DNA of 64,000 nt from Acidimicrobiia bacterium (lineage in GTDB: Bacteria > Actinomycetota > Acidimicrobiia > Spongiisociales > ZC4RG35), in contig BPGJ01000003.1 of NCBI GenBank assembly GCA_026002975.1, forward strand, positions 80,552 to 144,551. Direction: 5' to 3'. The notes beneath the pieces are model-generated. The model made no database searches. It was not told where the DNA came from and saw only the letters and a program-made list of their open reading frames with translations. Within the stretch, counting starts at the first letter, position 1. Every line of letters begins with the position of its first letter. The translations under genes were made by a program, and so were the position numbers. This document shows positions 10,278 through 22,128 of the stretch, piece by piece.

Positions 10278-10313
10278 CCGGGATCGTCGGCCCCTCCGCC
10301 CCTTGGACCTGAA

Positions 10314-11672
10314 GTGAGAGCTCCCGTACGTCGTTTCCTGGTTGGTTCTGCCTACTTCCTCGCCGGAGTGGGTGTTCTCTGGTTGACCTATCCCGGCGCG
10401 TTCGGCGTCGATCTCCCGCTTTGGTTGTTGTTCACCGCGGCCTATGTGGTCCTGTCGTATCAGTCGGTTGAGGTGAATGACCGCTTGTACGCGTCGTCGA
10501 GTGTTATGCCCGTCCTCACTGCCGGTGTTGCGTTCGCGTTGGTCAGTGATCGTCCTGGGATCGATCAGTCTGTGGTCTTTGCAATGACGTTGATGGCTGC
10601 GTTGGGCCCTCTAGTCCCTGAAGATCTCAGATTGCGGCGGCTATTCCAACCAGCAGCCAATCTCGGTCAGCTTGCTGTTAGCGCTGCACTCGCAGGCCTC
10701 GTGATAGAGGCTGTGGTTGGTGATCTATCGGTCTCGATGGTTCTTGAGACGCGAGAGGCTTTTCGAGTTGCGGTAGCAGGCTCTGCGGGAGCCGCAACCT
10801 ACAGCGCCGTCAACTTCGTCCTGGTGCGAAACGCGGTGGTGTGGACCTACGGTCGCCGGGATCTGATCCCCTGGTCCCGGATGGGGATGATCGTCGGTTC
10901 CCAGACCCTGATGGGCGTCCTCGGGGGGCTCCTCGGGGCGGTGGTGGTCACCGCCCGGCCGGCGGTGGTGCCGCTCATCCTCTTCGTCTACGTGATGGGC
11001 CACCTGAGCATCATCGCCTACTCCCGGCTCCGGGAGGCTCACGAATCGACCCTGCGGGGTTTCGTCAAGACCCTGGAGACTCGGGACCTCTACACCCGAG
11101 GGCACACCGAGCGGGTCGCCTACTTCTCCCGCCTGATCGGTGAACGCCTCGGATTCAACGGCACCCAACTAGAACAGATGCGCTGGGCGGCGTTGATCCA
11201 CGACGTCGGTAAGTTGGCGGTCCCGGTCGAGCTGATGCAGAAGCGGGGTCCCCTCGACGACGACGAATACCGCCGTCTGCGGACCGCCACCCACCTGGTC
11301 GACGACCTGCTCAGCGAGGTGGATTTCCTCCGGCCCATGGTCGACATCGCTTCCGGATGTCACCCCAGGCTGGCCGGCGAGGACTTCGGGCAGGTGGGAC
11401 ACACACATACCACTTCACCGTCGTTGGAGCAGAAGGTGTTGGCGGTCGCCGACGCCTTCGACGCGATGACCAGCAACCGCTCGTACCGGATGGCGTCCTC
11501 ACAGTCGAGGGCCTTCGCCGCGCTTCGGCGAGACACGAGCCCGCTGTTCGACCCTCTGGTGATCGACGCGCTGGAACAGGCCCTGGCCGAGGTTGGCCAA
11601 ACCTACGGACCGCCCGACTATCTCACCGAAGTCGGAGTAGAGACAGGGGAAGCCGCCCATGCGCACGACTGA
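10314..11672 (+). CDS. multi-TM HD-GYP-related (HD domain) protein with a degenerate GYP region
   Basis: GTG start. About 230 aa of TM helices, then YTRGHTERVA, AALIHDVGKLAVP and VADAFDAMTSNRSYR. The expected HHE..DG.GYP stretch is replaced by IASGCHPRLAGEDFG. Confidence 0.8.
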   Translation: MRAPVRRFLVGSAYFLAGVGVLWLTYPGAFGVDLPLWLLFTAAYVVLSYQSVEVNDRLYASSSVMPVLTAGVAFALVSDRPGIDQSVVFAMTLMAALGPLVPEDLRLRRLFQPAANLGQLAVSAALAGLVIEAVVGDLSVSMVLETREAFRVAVAGSAGAATYSAVNFVLVRNAVVWTYGRRDLIPWSRMGMIVGSQTLMGVLGGLLGAVVVTARPAVVPLILFVYVMGHLSIIAYSRLREAHESTLRGFVKTLETRDLYTRGHTERVAYFSRLIGERLGFNGTQLEQMRWAALIHDVGKLAVPVELMQKRGPLDDDEYRRLRTATHLVDDLLSEVDFLRPMVDIASGCHPRLAGEDFGQVGHTHTTSPSLEQKVLAVADAFDAMTSNRSYRMASSQSRAFAALRRDTSPLFDPLVIDALEQALAEVGQTYGPPDYLTEVGVETGEAAHAHD

Positions 11673-12966
11673 CCTGGGCCTGCCCCGCCCGTCGCCTGGC
11701 CCGGTTCGCCCCTGGATGTGGGCGGCGGCGGCGCTGGTCCCGGTAGCCGGAGCCGTCGTCGCGGTTGCGCTTCTCCCCGTCGACGCGGCCAACCCGATGT
11801 GGGTGTGGGGGGCTGCCGCGGTGGTCGGTGTCGGTTCCCTCATCAAGGTCCCCACCACCAGCGGCAGTGAGTTCACCCCGGCGGCGATCGTGGTCGGCGC
11901 CTTGCCCCTCCTCGCCCGACAGACCCCCGGCGGGATCGAACACATCTTCACTCTTCACGACTCCATGCTGGTGGTCACCCTCGGGCTCACCTTCTCCTGG
12001 GTGCTCAGGGCGGCCCGTGGGGACGACCCGCGACGCCTCGCGGCCGGGGTGCTGCGGCGGGCGGCGTCGTTCACGGTGTATCTGTGGGTCTTCGACTGGG
12101 TTCAACGAGCTGTGGTGTTGCCAACTGGACCCGACGGCTCGCCCAACGGGTGGGAGCCGTTCGTCCACTTCGTCTTCGCGGCAGGCGCGTCGTTCATGGC
12201 GGAGGTGCTCTCGGCAGGATTCGATCAGACGCTGGGGAGCTGGCACCGGTGGGAAGGGCGAGTCAGGTTGGCGCTGCGGGACTTGAACGTCTTCACCGCG
12301 TTGTGGGCGGCCGGTGCGTTGTTCGGCTTGGCCTACGAGGCGATCGGGTGGTGGGCGCTGGCCGTGGCTGCGCTCCCTTATCTGTTCACCGACGGGGCGT
12401 TTCGGCGGCTCCACGCCGCCCGCCGCACCTACGCCCAGATGATGAGGGCCTTGGCCCAGATCCCCGAAGTTGGGGGCCACACCCAGCCGGGCCACGCCCA
12501 CCGGACGGCGGCGTTGGCCTCCGAGGTGGCGGTGGAACTGGGGTTGGGTCCTGAGGAGACCGAGACGGTGGAGCTGGCGGCCCTAATGCATGCGATCGGC
12601 CGCGTCACCCTCAACGAGCCCAACATCCTCAGGATGGGGTACACCGACGCCGACCTGGCCCGCTGGGGCTCGGAGATCGTGGGGGAGGCTTCGGCGCTCG
12701 CCGAGGTGGCAGAGGTGATCCGGCGTCAACACGAGCCCTACCGGAGTCCCGGCGAGGACCGCGATCCCGACGTGCCGATCGCCTCCCGGATCATCAAGGT
12801 CTGCTCGGCCTACGACATCGCCACCGCCGAAACAGGGTTCTCCCCCCTGGAGGCGATGGAGAGGCTCCATCAAGGCTCGGTCTACGACTACGACCCCGAC
12901 GTGGTAGCCGCCCTTCGGAAGGTCCTCGAACGCCGCGGTGCCTTCGGTTTGGTTCGGTCCCGCTGA
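11659..12966 (+). CDS. multi-TM HD-domain-like protein with the HD Asp replaced (HAIGR)
   Basis: 14-nt overlap with the upstream paralogue. TM-rich N-terminus. GHAHRTAALASEV and LAALMHAIGRVTL stand where GHS.RV and HDIGK are expected; KVCSAYDIAT replaces VADAFDAMT. Confidence 0.7.
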   Translation: MRTTDLGLPRPSPGPVRPWMWAAAALVPVAGAVVAVALLPVDAANPMWVWGAAAVVGVGSLIKVPTTSGSEFTPAAIVVGALPLLARQTPGGIEHIFTLHDSMLVVTLGLTFSWVLRAARGDDPRRLAAGVLRRAASFTVYLWVFDWVQRAVVLPTGPDGSPNGWEPFVHFVFAAGASFMAEVLSAGFDQTLGSWHRWEGRVRLALRDLNVFTALWAAGALFGLAYEAIGWWALAVAALPYLFTDGAFRRLHAARRTYAQMMRALAQIPEVGGHTQPGHAHRTAALASEVAVELGLGPEETETVELAALMHAIGRVTLNEPNILRMGYTDADLARWGSEIVGEASALAEVAEVIRRQHEPYRSPGEDRDPDVPIASRIIKVCSAYDIATAETGFSPLEAMERLHQGSVYDYDPDVVAALRKVLERRGAFGLVRSR

Positions 12967-12967
12967 G

Positions 12968-13561
12968 TCAGCGACGGGTCCGCACCGCCGAGCCGGCCTG
13001 CAGTTTCACCCCCGGCTTGAACCATCTGACCGGTCGGCGCAGTTCGGATTCGAGGAACCGACCCAGCCCGACTGCCAGGAACACGTCGCCCAGTGAGAGC
13101 ACCTGACCGTGGCCGACCAGCCTCAGCGGGATCACATCGGCGAGGAAAGGGAGCCGGGTCGAACGGTCGAGCACCACGTGCTTGTAACCCTCGACCGTCT
13201 CCGGGGTGATCGTGTATCCGGAGGCGACCACCATCGCCTCGGTCAGAACCGGCATACCCCCGTTGAGGGCGATGACCGTGAAGTTCATCAGCACACCGAC
13301 CCCAGCCAGCCACATACCTGGACGCGCCCGGTTGGCCACGATCATGGCCAGCAGGGGCACATACGAGGAGAGGATCATGCCCACCCCCACCGGCTCGGCC
13401 CAATCGGCGTCGGGGAGGAGCGACGTGGCGGCTTGGAGGCCGAAGCCGACCGGGAGGAGCCACCAGAGCCTGAGGCGTATGTCCGCCAGGTTGGTGAGGC
13501 GTCCCCCCCGGAGAACGGCCACGGCCATCGCCACGAACAGGACGAGGGCCAGCCATAGCAT
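12968..13561 (-). CDS. integral membrane protein (DUF5317-like, low certainty on family)
   Basis: 197 aa with 5-6 predicted TM helices, convergent with the HD-domain genes. The family name is from memory of actinobacterial neighbourhoods and is not verified. Confidence 0.6.
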   Translation of the reverse strand: MLWLALVLFVAMAVAVLRGGRLTNLADIRLRLWWLLPVGFGLQAATSLLPDADWAEPVGVGMILSSYVPLLAMIVANRARPGMWLAGVGVLMNFTVIALNGGMPVLTEAMVVASGYTITPETVEGYKHVVLDRSTRLPFLADVIPLRLVGHGQVLSLGDVFLAVGLGRFLESELRRPVRWFKPGVKLQAGSAVRTRR

Positions 13562-13591
13562 GAACCCCTACCGTATCAGGAAGGAGAGGTC

Positions 13592-14359
13592 ATGGTCCGA
13601 TACGAGGTGGCGGAGGGTCGAGCCACCATCACCATCGACGACCCCGAACGCCGCAACCCCATGTCCACCCAGACGATGGAAGCCCTGGTCGAATCGACGC
13701 TGGCGGCGCTGCGAGATCCAACGGTACGGGTGCTGGTCTACACGGGGGCGGGCGACCGGGCCTTCTCCGCCGGGGGCGATCTGGCCGGCGGGTTCGCCGA
13801 CGACCCCATCGGGCTCCACCGCAGCCGAGGAGCTTTGGCCGATCTGTTCCGTCTGATGCGCAGGGGAGGTAAACCGACCGTCGCCCGGGTCAACGGCCAC
13901 GCCCTCGCCGGCGGGTTCGGCTTGGCGGTTTCATGCGACATCGTGATCTGCGTCGAGGACGCCAAACTGGGCATGCCCGAGATAGACGTCGGACTCTGGC
14001 CAATGATGATCACCGCGGTCGTGGCGAGAACCATGCCGCCGAGAGTCGCCTTGGACCTGATGATGACCGGAAGGTTGATCGACGCCCGGGAGGCCCTCGC
14101 ATTGGGGGCGGTCTCGCGGGTCGTTCCCAGGAATCGACTCGACGTCACCGTCGACGAGGTCGTCGAAGGGTTGAAGTCGAAGAGCCCCGCCACGCTCGAG
14201 TTGGGTCGGGACGCCTTCTACGCCACCCTGGACATGGGGTTCGACGCCGCCCTCGACTACCTGCAGTCGGGCCTCACCGCGGTGACCCTCACCCACGACG
14301 CCCGGGAAGGGGTCCAGGCGTTTCTGGAGAAGCGCCGTCCGAGCTGGTCGGGCCGGTAG
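13592..14359 (+). CDS. enoyl-CoA hydratase/isomerase (crotonase) family
   Basis: 255 aa. Crotonase pattern (VLVYTGAGDRAFSAGGDL, VNGHALAGGFGLAVSCDI, EKRRP). Confidence 0.85.
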   Translation: MVRYEVAEGRATITIDDPERRNPMSTQTMEALVESTLAALRDPTVRVLVYTGAGDRAFSAGGDLAGGFADDPIGLHRSRGALADLFRLMRRGGKPTVARVNGHALAGGFGLAVSCDIVICVEDAKLGMPEIDVGLWPMMITAVVARTMPPRVALDLMMTGRLIDAREALALGAVSRVVPRNRLDVTVDEVVEGLKSKSPATLELGRDAFYATLDMGFDAALDYLQSGLTAVTLTHDAREGVQAFLEKRRPSWSGR

Positions 14360-14360
14360 G

Positions 14361-15062
14361 TCAGCCGACGTCGGTCAGGGTGCTGACGATCTCGGAGACC
14401 GGATAGTCCACCACGGTCGACGTGGCGCCCACCGGCAGTGGAGACCAGGGGTTCGAATCCACCCTCCACCTGGCGTTCCACACGATAGCGGACCGTGATC
14501 GCGGTACGGGGCGCAATCGGGGCAGGTCTTCTTCTCGTACACGTGGGGCTCGGCCCCGTCGGGGTAGCCCGTCATGTGGGGAAGCAGCTCCACCGGGACC
14601 ACCACCGTGGTTCCGTCACCCCAGTCGATCTCCACCGCCTCCACCCAGGTCTCCACCGAGATGGTGCGCCCGGTGAGCGGAGATGTCGAGGCTGGCCGAC
14701 CATGGTGGTGGAGCGGTGACGGAGACGAACGTCTCCATCCCGGTGACTCCCCGCCCGGGCGGCGGGTCGATCCTGGGATCGGGTAGAGGATGCCGATAGG
14801 TGGCGAGGAGGCTGTATGCCTCCTCCAACGGATCCACGGCAGGTACCGGCTCGGAGGTGCAGGCCGGTTCCAGACCCTCGATCACCGGCGGTCCGTTCGG
14901 GTCGAGGTAGTAGGCGAGGACGGCTCTCCCCTGGTCGTCGTAGCCCAGGATCCTCCACGGCGACTCCGCCGAGGTCCAGTACCAGCAGCTCCCGTTGGCG
15001 TCGAAGCCGACCATCGGCTGGAGCCGAACAGGAGGAGACTCGCCTTCGCCGTAGTCGATCAC
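14361..15062 (-). pseudogene. unknown protein gene that needs at least 3 frame changes to read through
   Basis: Protein-like translation moves between frames. It runs MIDYGEGE...VSVTAPPPW, then TWVEAVEIDWGDGTTVVVP...HVYEKKTCPDCAPY, then ITVRYRVERQVEGGFEPLVST, then PVGATSTVVDYPVSEIVSTLTDVG*. Confidence 0.4.
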
Positions 15063-15188
15063 CGCCGATCCGGCGATCCGACACCGGGTGACGGCTGACT
15101 TTCTCCGTATGCATCAACTGATCGTTGCCGACCAGCAGACCCACGTCTCTTCGTTGCGTCTGGATGAGATGAGCCCAAGAGCAAGAGA

Positions 15189-15793
15189 TTACGGTGTAGA
15201 GGGCCGCTGCATTAGATCGCAGTCGTTGAGCCATAAGTCGTTCTTGTATTGCCACTTGCTTGCGAATCGCCAGCGTCCTACGTTCGTCCGGCCAGAGCAC
15301 ATCGACGCCCGAGGATCCTGCGTCCGAGAACCGGGCATATGTGGTCGAGTAGATGACGAGACAGTCCGGCCTGTCCAAGAGGATTTCGATCGTTTCAATC
15401 TCGAAGTCCTGCCGGTTTGGCGCGTCGAGAACTGCAGCGTCTCCATGGCTCGCACCCCAGCTGCGTGATAACTGGGTGTCGCTACCACCCGCCACAGGGC
15501 GTCGGGGTCTTTCCGGTAGATGGCGTCGAACCATCCGTAATACAGGTCCTGGAGAATGCTCCGGACCTCCTCGAGCCGTTTCGACTCGGCGGTTGACGCC
15601 GCGGTAGTGGTGGGGGCGGCCGTGGTGGTGGTCGACGGCGTCGGGAGTCGAGGTGGGGGAGGCCGAGGTGGTCGGTGGAGGTCGCGAGGGTGGTGTTCGC
15701 CGCCACTGGTGCCGGATCCTTCATCTGTCCCCAGACGATCACCGACACGAGTCCGGCGAACACCACCGCCACGACCACGTAGCGAGCCGTCAC
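15189..15793 (-). pseudogene. membrane-anchored protein with Pro/Thr linker and possible NTF2-like domain, needing about 3 frame changes
   Basis: The N-terminal TM (MTARYVVVAVVFAGLVSVIVWG) is in one frame. PTPSTTTTAAPTTT..LQDLYYGWFDAIYRKDPDALWRVV is in a second and DFEIETIEILLDRPDCLVIYSTTYARF in a third. The tail GRWRFASKWQYKNDLW returns to the second frame. The central part is visibly lower in GC. Confidence 0.4.
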
Positions 15794-15922
15794 GGCTCTC
15801 CAACTCCCCTAACCACTCCACCCGAAAACCTACCGGAGGCCACGCCCTGGAGGCCAGGGGGTTGGCACGCGGATCTTTCGCGGCCTTGAGTCGGGTTGCG
15901 GTACCGGATAGCCTGAGCCGAG

Positions 15923-16634
15923 ATGCGGGCGGTTCGGATCACGGGTTGGACGATGGTGTGGCTGGGGACGTTCATCCTCGGCTACGCCGGGTATCAGCTC
16001 TGGGTCACCGACCTGCTGAACCGACAGGCCCAGCAGTCGGCCCGGACCGAGCTGGTGGCCGAACTCGCCACCCGCCGGGCCAACCTGGCCGCTCCGGTCG
16101 AGATCGAAGTCCCTGCGCCGGCCGGCCCGGGTGAGGGCGAAGAGTCAGACGACGTTCGGTTCTTCCCCGAGGAGGCGCCCCAGGTCGGTGAACCGTTGGG
16201 GACGATCAGGATTCCCAAGATCGGACTGGATCAGGGTGGTGGTGGAGGGAGTCGACACCGAGAACCTCAAACTCGGACCCGGCCACATGCCCTGGACCCC
16301 GGTGCCCGGGCAGCCGGGCAACGCCGTGATCTCCGGCCACCGCACCACCTACGGTCGGCCCTTCTTCGACCTCGATCTCCTTCAGCCCGGCGATCTCATC
16401 GAGGTGGAGACGGCGATCGGAATCCACCAGTTCACGGTGAGGGAGACGGTGATCGTCACACCCTTCGACGTTTGGGTGACCGAGCCTCGGCGGGGCGCCT
16501 GGTTGACCCTCACCACCTGCAATCCCAAGTACTCGGCGCGGGAGCGGCTGGTCGTGTTCGCCGAGCTCACCGGGGGACCCAACCTGGAGTACGCTCGTCA
16601 TCTCGTCGCCGAAGAGCTCCAGGGGGTGTCGTGA
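15923..16634 (+). pseudogene. class E sortase, interrupted by one frameshift near 16233-16236
   Basis: N-terminus (TM, then LGTIRIPKIGLD) is in the frame of ORF 15923. The rest (VVVEGVDTENLKLGPGH...AVISGHRTTYG...LTLTTCNP) is in ORF 16131..16634. The join sits at the cagggtggtg run. Confidence 0.7.
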
Positions 16635-16855
16635 CGCCGGTGCGGTCCGAGATGCCAGCCACCGTGGTCGAGGTGTCGGTCTCGGAGGGCCAGCACATCG
16701 ACCGGGGTGCCCAGCTGGTGGTACTCGAGTCGATGAAGATGGAGATCCCCGTCGCCAGCCCCGTCGGCGGGAAGGTGAGCCGGGTGGTGGTCGCGGCCGG
16801 GGACCTGGTGGAGGCCGGGGACGTGTTGGTGGAGATCGAACCGGCGTTACCGTAG
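16632..16855 (+). CDS. small biotinyl/lipoyl-domain protein (BCCP-like)
   Basis: GTG overlapping the sortase stop (GTGA). 74 aa containing the biotin-attachment motif LESMKMEIP. Confidence 0.65.
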
Positions 16856-16861
16856 GAGCCC

Positions 16862-17473
16862 ATGAGCTTCTTCACCCGCCGCGCGAGAGAACTCGAAGCC
16901 AAAGGCGTGGATCCCTCCCGGGTTCCACCGGGACAGTACGTGACCGATCGGTTCCCGGTCCTACACGCCGGGGTGGTTCCCAACGTGGACCTCGACAAGT
17001 GGGACTTCCGGGTCGAGGGTCTGGTCGAACGACCCCTCAGATTCACCTATGAGGAGATCCGGGCGCTCCCCAGAGAGAAGCGGGTGGTGGACATCCACTG
17101 TGTGACCAAGTGGTCCAAGCTCGACACCGAGTGGGAGGGGGTGCCGGTGAGGGAGGTGATCCAACGTTGCCGTCCCCTGCCGGAGGCCACCCACGTTCTG
17201 GTGTGGGCCGAGCACGGCTTCACCGCGAACCTTCCGCTCGCCGATCTGGCCCGAGACGACAACCTCCTCGCCTATCGGTACGGAGGCGAGGAGCTCGAAC
17301 CCGAGCACGGATGGCCGCTCAGGCTGGTGGTGCCCCACCTCTACTTCTGGAAGTCGGTCAAATGGGTGAGGGGTTTCCGGTTCCTCGATCACGACGAACC
17401 GGGTTTCTGGGAGAGAAACGGCTACCACATGTACGGCGACCCGTGGCGGGAACAGCGGTACTGGGGGGATTGA
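16862..17473 (+). CDS. sulfite-oxidase-like molybdopterin oxidoreductase (small, ~200 aa type)
   Basis: 203 aa. VDIHCVTKWSKLD, GWPLRLVVPHLYFWKSVKWV and FWERNGYH are typical of this family. Confidence 0.8.
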   Translation: MSFFTRRARELEAKGVDPSRVPPGQYVTDRFPVLHAGVVPNVDLDKWDFRVEGLVERPLRFTYEEIRALPREKRVVDIHCVTKWSKLDTEWEGVPVREVIQRCRPLPEATHVLVWAEHGFTANLPLADLARDDNLLAYRYGGEELEPEHGWPLRLVVPHLYFWKSVKWVRGFRFLDHDEPGFWERNGYHMYGDPWREQRYWGD

Positions 17474-17477
17474 CCGG

Positions 17478-20208
<2,731 letters not shown>

Positions 20209-20274
20209 TTCGTCCTTTCCTATGCCTGCCGTTCGAGTCTAACGACGGGTCGACCCCGACTCTTCGGGTGGCCC

Positions 20275-21013
20275 TCAGCCGCGGTTGATGGCCACCGGCA
20301 CCTCGGTGACGCACTCCTCGGAGGGCCGGGAATGGGGATGCAGCACCGGCTGACACTCGGCGCCCAAGGACTCGAACAGGCCGATCACGATCCCTCGATC
20401 CAGGGAACAGACCACGTCGGGATGCCCGGTGGCCGCCTCGCCGAAGGGACAGTTGGCCAGGACGAGGCGCTGCAGGTCGGCCTCCCCTTTGGCTTCGAAA
20501 CCCAAACCGGTGAGGGCTTTGGCCACCGCCTTGATCGCCTCCGGATAGCCGGCGTCCCCTGGAGCGCCGATCTCGGCTGCCAGTTCCCTTCCGTACTCGC
20601 GGCCCACGTCCTCGGCGATGGTCGCCACCTCGTCCGGTGCCGCCCGTTGGATGATCCTCACCAGCAGGTCGACCAGCAGGTCGTATCGACGGGCAGGGAA
20701 GTGCACGTCGATCGACTTGCCCGTCGCCTCGTAGCACTTCGCCGGCCGTCCGGCACCCGGGCCCGGTACGTCCGCTGGGACGCCGGTAGCTCACCTTCAG
20801 GTAGCCGTCGGCGGCCAGCTTGTCCAGATGATGACGCGCCACGTTCGGGTGGATCCCGAACATGTCGGCCACCTGACTGCTGGTGACGGGTTCGGCCGAC
20901 TCCCTGACCGTGACGTAGATGGCCCGGCGGGTGGGATCGCCCAGGGCGGCGGTCAGGTCTCCGATCGTGCGATCCAGCTGCCGCGACTCCCGGGATATGG
21001 GCCTAACCACCAT
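20275..21013 (-). pseudogene. ArsR-type winged-helix regulator with C-terminal domain, one frameshift near 20755
   Basis: The N-terminal HTH (LGDPTRRAIYVTVRE...SSQVADMFGIHPNVARHHLDKLAADGYL...SGRTGPG) is in one frame. AGRPAKCYEATGKSIDVHFPARRYDLL...ANCPFGEAA continues in ORF 20275..20706 after one extra base. Confidence 0.65.
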
Positions 21014-21066
21014 GAGAACTATAGTTTCCGGGGCCGTTTCTAACCACGATCTCGGTAGGGGAAATC

Positions 21067-22128
21067 ATGGGAGACCTCCCATTCGACGCGGTTCTGGATC
21101 CCCTGCTCGGCCGAACCCTGGGCGAGCTGGGCATGCTGCGCCAGGCTTCGCGTCGACGGCTTCGATCGGATCGTGTCACCGTCGCCCTCCCGGTACCCAA
21201 CTATCCCCTGGCCGACGTGTTGGCCGAACGGATCCGTCAGGCGGCCGGGGCCGACGTCGACGTGCGTTTCGAGGTGATGAACGACGAGGAGCGGCGGGCC
21301 CTGATGGACCGCCTCCGGGAGAGCTCAGGTCCCGGGATCGGCCAGCCGGGCTCTCGCACCCGGGTGTTGGCGGTCGGATCGGGGAAGGGCGGGGTCGGTA
21401 AGTCTTCGGTGACCACCAACCTGGCGGTGGCTCTCGCCCAGCGGGGTCACCGTGTCGGGGTGATCGACGCCGACATCTGGGGGTTCTCGATTCCCAGGAT
21501 GCTCGGGGTCGCCCACCCGCCGGTGGTCATCGAACAGTCGATCATCCCACCTGTGGCCCACGGCGTGAGCGCCATTTCGATGGACTACTTCGTGGGCGAC
21601 GACCAGGCGGTCATCTGGCGGGGTCCGATGTTGCACAAAGCCATCCAGCAGTTCCTGGAAGACGTCTTCTGGGACGCCCCCGACTTCCTGCTGGTCGACA
21701 TGCCTCCCGGGACGGGCGACGTGTCGATCTCGCTCTCCCAGCTCCTGCCGAGAGCCCAGGTCCTGCTCGTCACGACCCCGCAGCCCACCGCCCAGCGGGT
21801 CGCCAAACGGGCCGGGTTGATGGCCCGCAAGGTGTCTCAGGAGCTGATCGGGGTGGTGGAGAACATGTCGTGGTTCACCGGCGACGACGGAAAGCGGTAC
21901 GAGCTGTTCGGATCGGGGGGAGGGGAGCGACTGGCCGAGGAGCTCGACGTGCCGCTGCTGGCGAAGATCCCGCTGGTTCCCGCGATGAGAGAGGGCGCCG
22001 ACGAAGGCAAGCCGGTGATGCTGGCCGATCCCGAGGGTGAGGCCGCCGAGGCTTTCCGCAGGCTCGCCGAAGAGGTGATCGCCCGTAAGCCGCGGGTTCG
22101 CACCCACCCGGAGTTGGTCATCCGGTGA
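21067..22128 (+). CDS. Mrp/NBP35 (ApbC) family Fe-S cluster carrier ATPase
   Basis: 353 aa. Deviant Walker A VGSGKGGVGKSS, DMPPGTGD and ENMSWF. Confidence 0.9.
   Translation: MGDLPFDAVLDPLLGRTLGELGMLRQASRRRLRSDRVTVALPVPNYPLADVLAERIRQAAGADVDVRFEVMNDEERRALMDRLRESSGPGIGQPGSRTRVLAVGSGKGGVGKSSVTTNLAVALAQRGHRVGVIDADIWGFSIPRMLGVAHPPVVIEQSIIPPVAHGVSAISMDYFVGDDQAVIWRGPMLHKAIQQFLEDVFWDAPDFLLVDMPPGTGDVSISLSQLLPRAQVLLVTTPQPTAQRVAKRAGLMARKVSQELIGVVENMSWFTGDDGKRYELFGSGGGERLAEELDVPLLAKIPLVPAMREGADEGKPVMLADPEGEAAEAFRRLAEEVIARKPRVRTHPELVIR

Noticed and set aside
14440-14480. tRNA-like T-loop motif GGTTCGAATCC, flanked by GTGGAG...CTCCAC
   Set aside because: The putative T-stem has 2 mismatches in 5 pairs. 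There is no D-arm or anticodon arm between the acceptor halves. The motif falls inside protein-like coding sequence (..VEGGFEPLVS..). I treat it as coincidence, not a tRNA or tRNA-derived att site.
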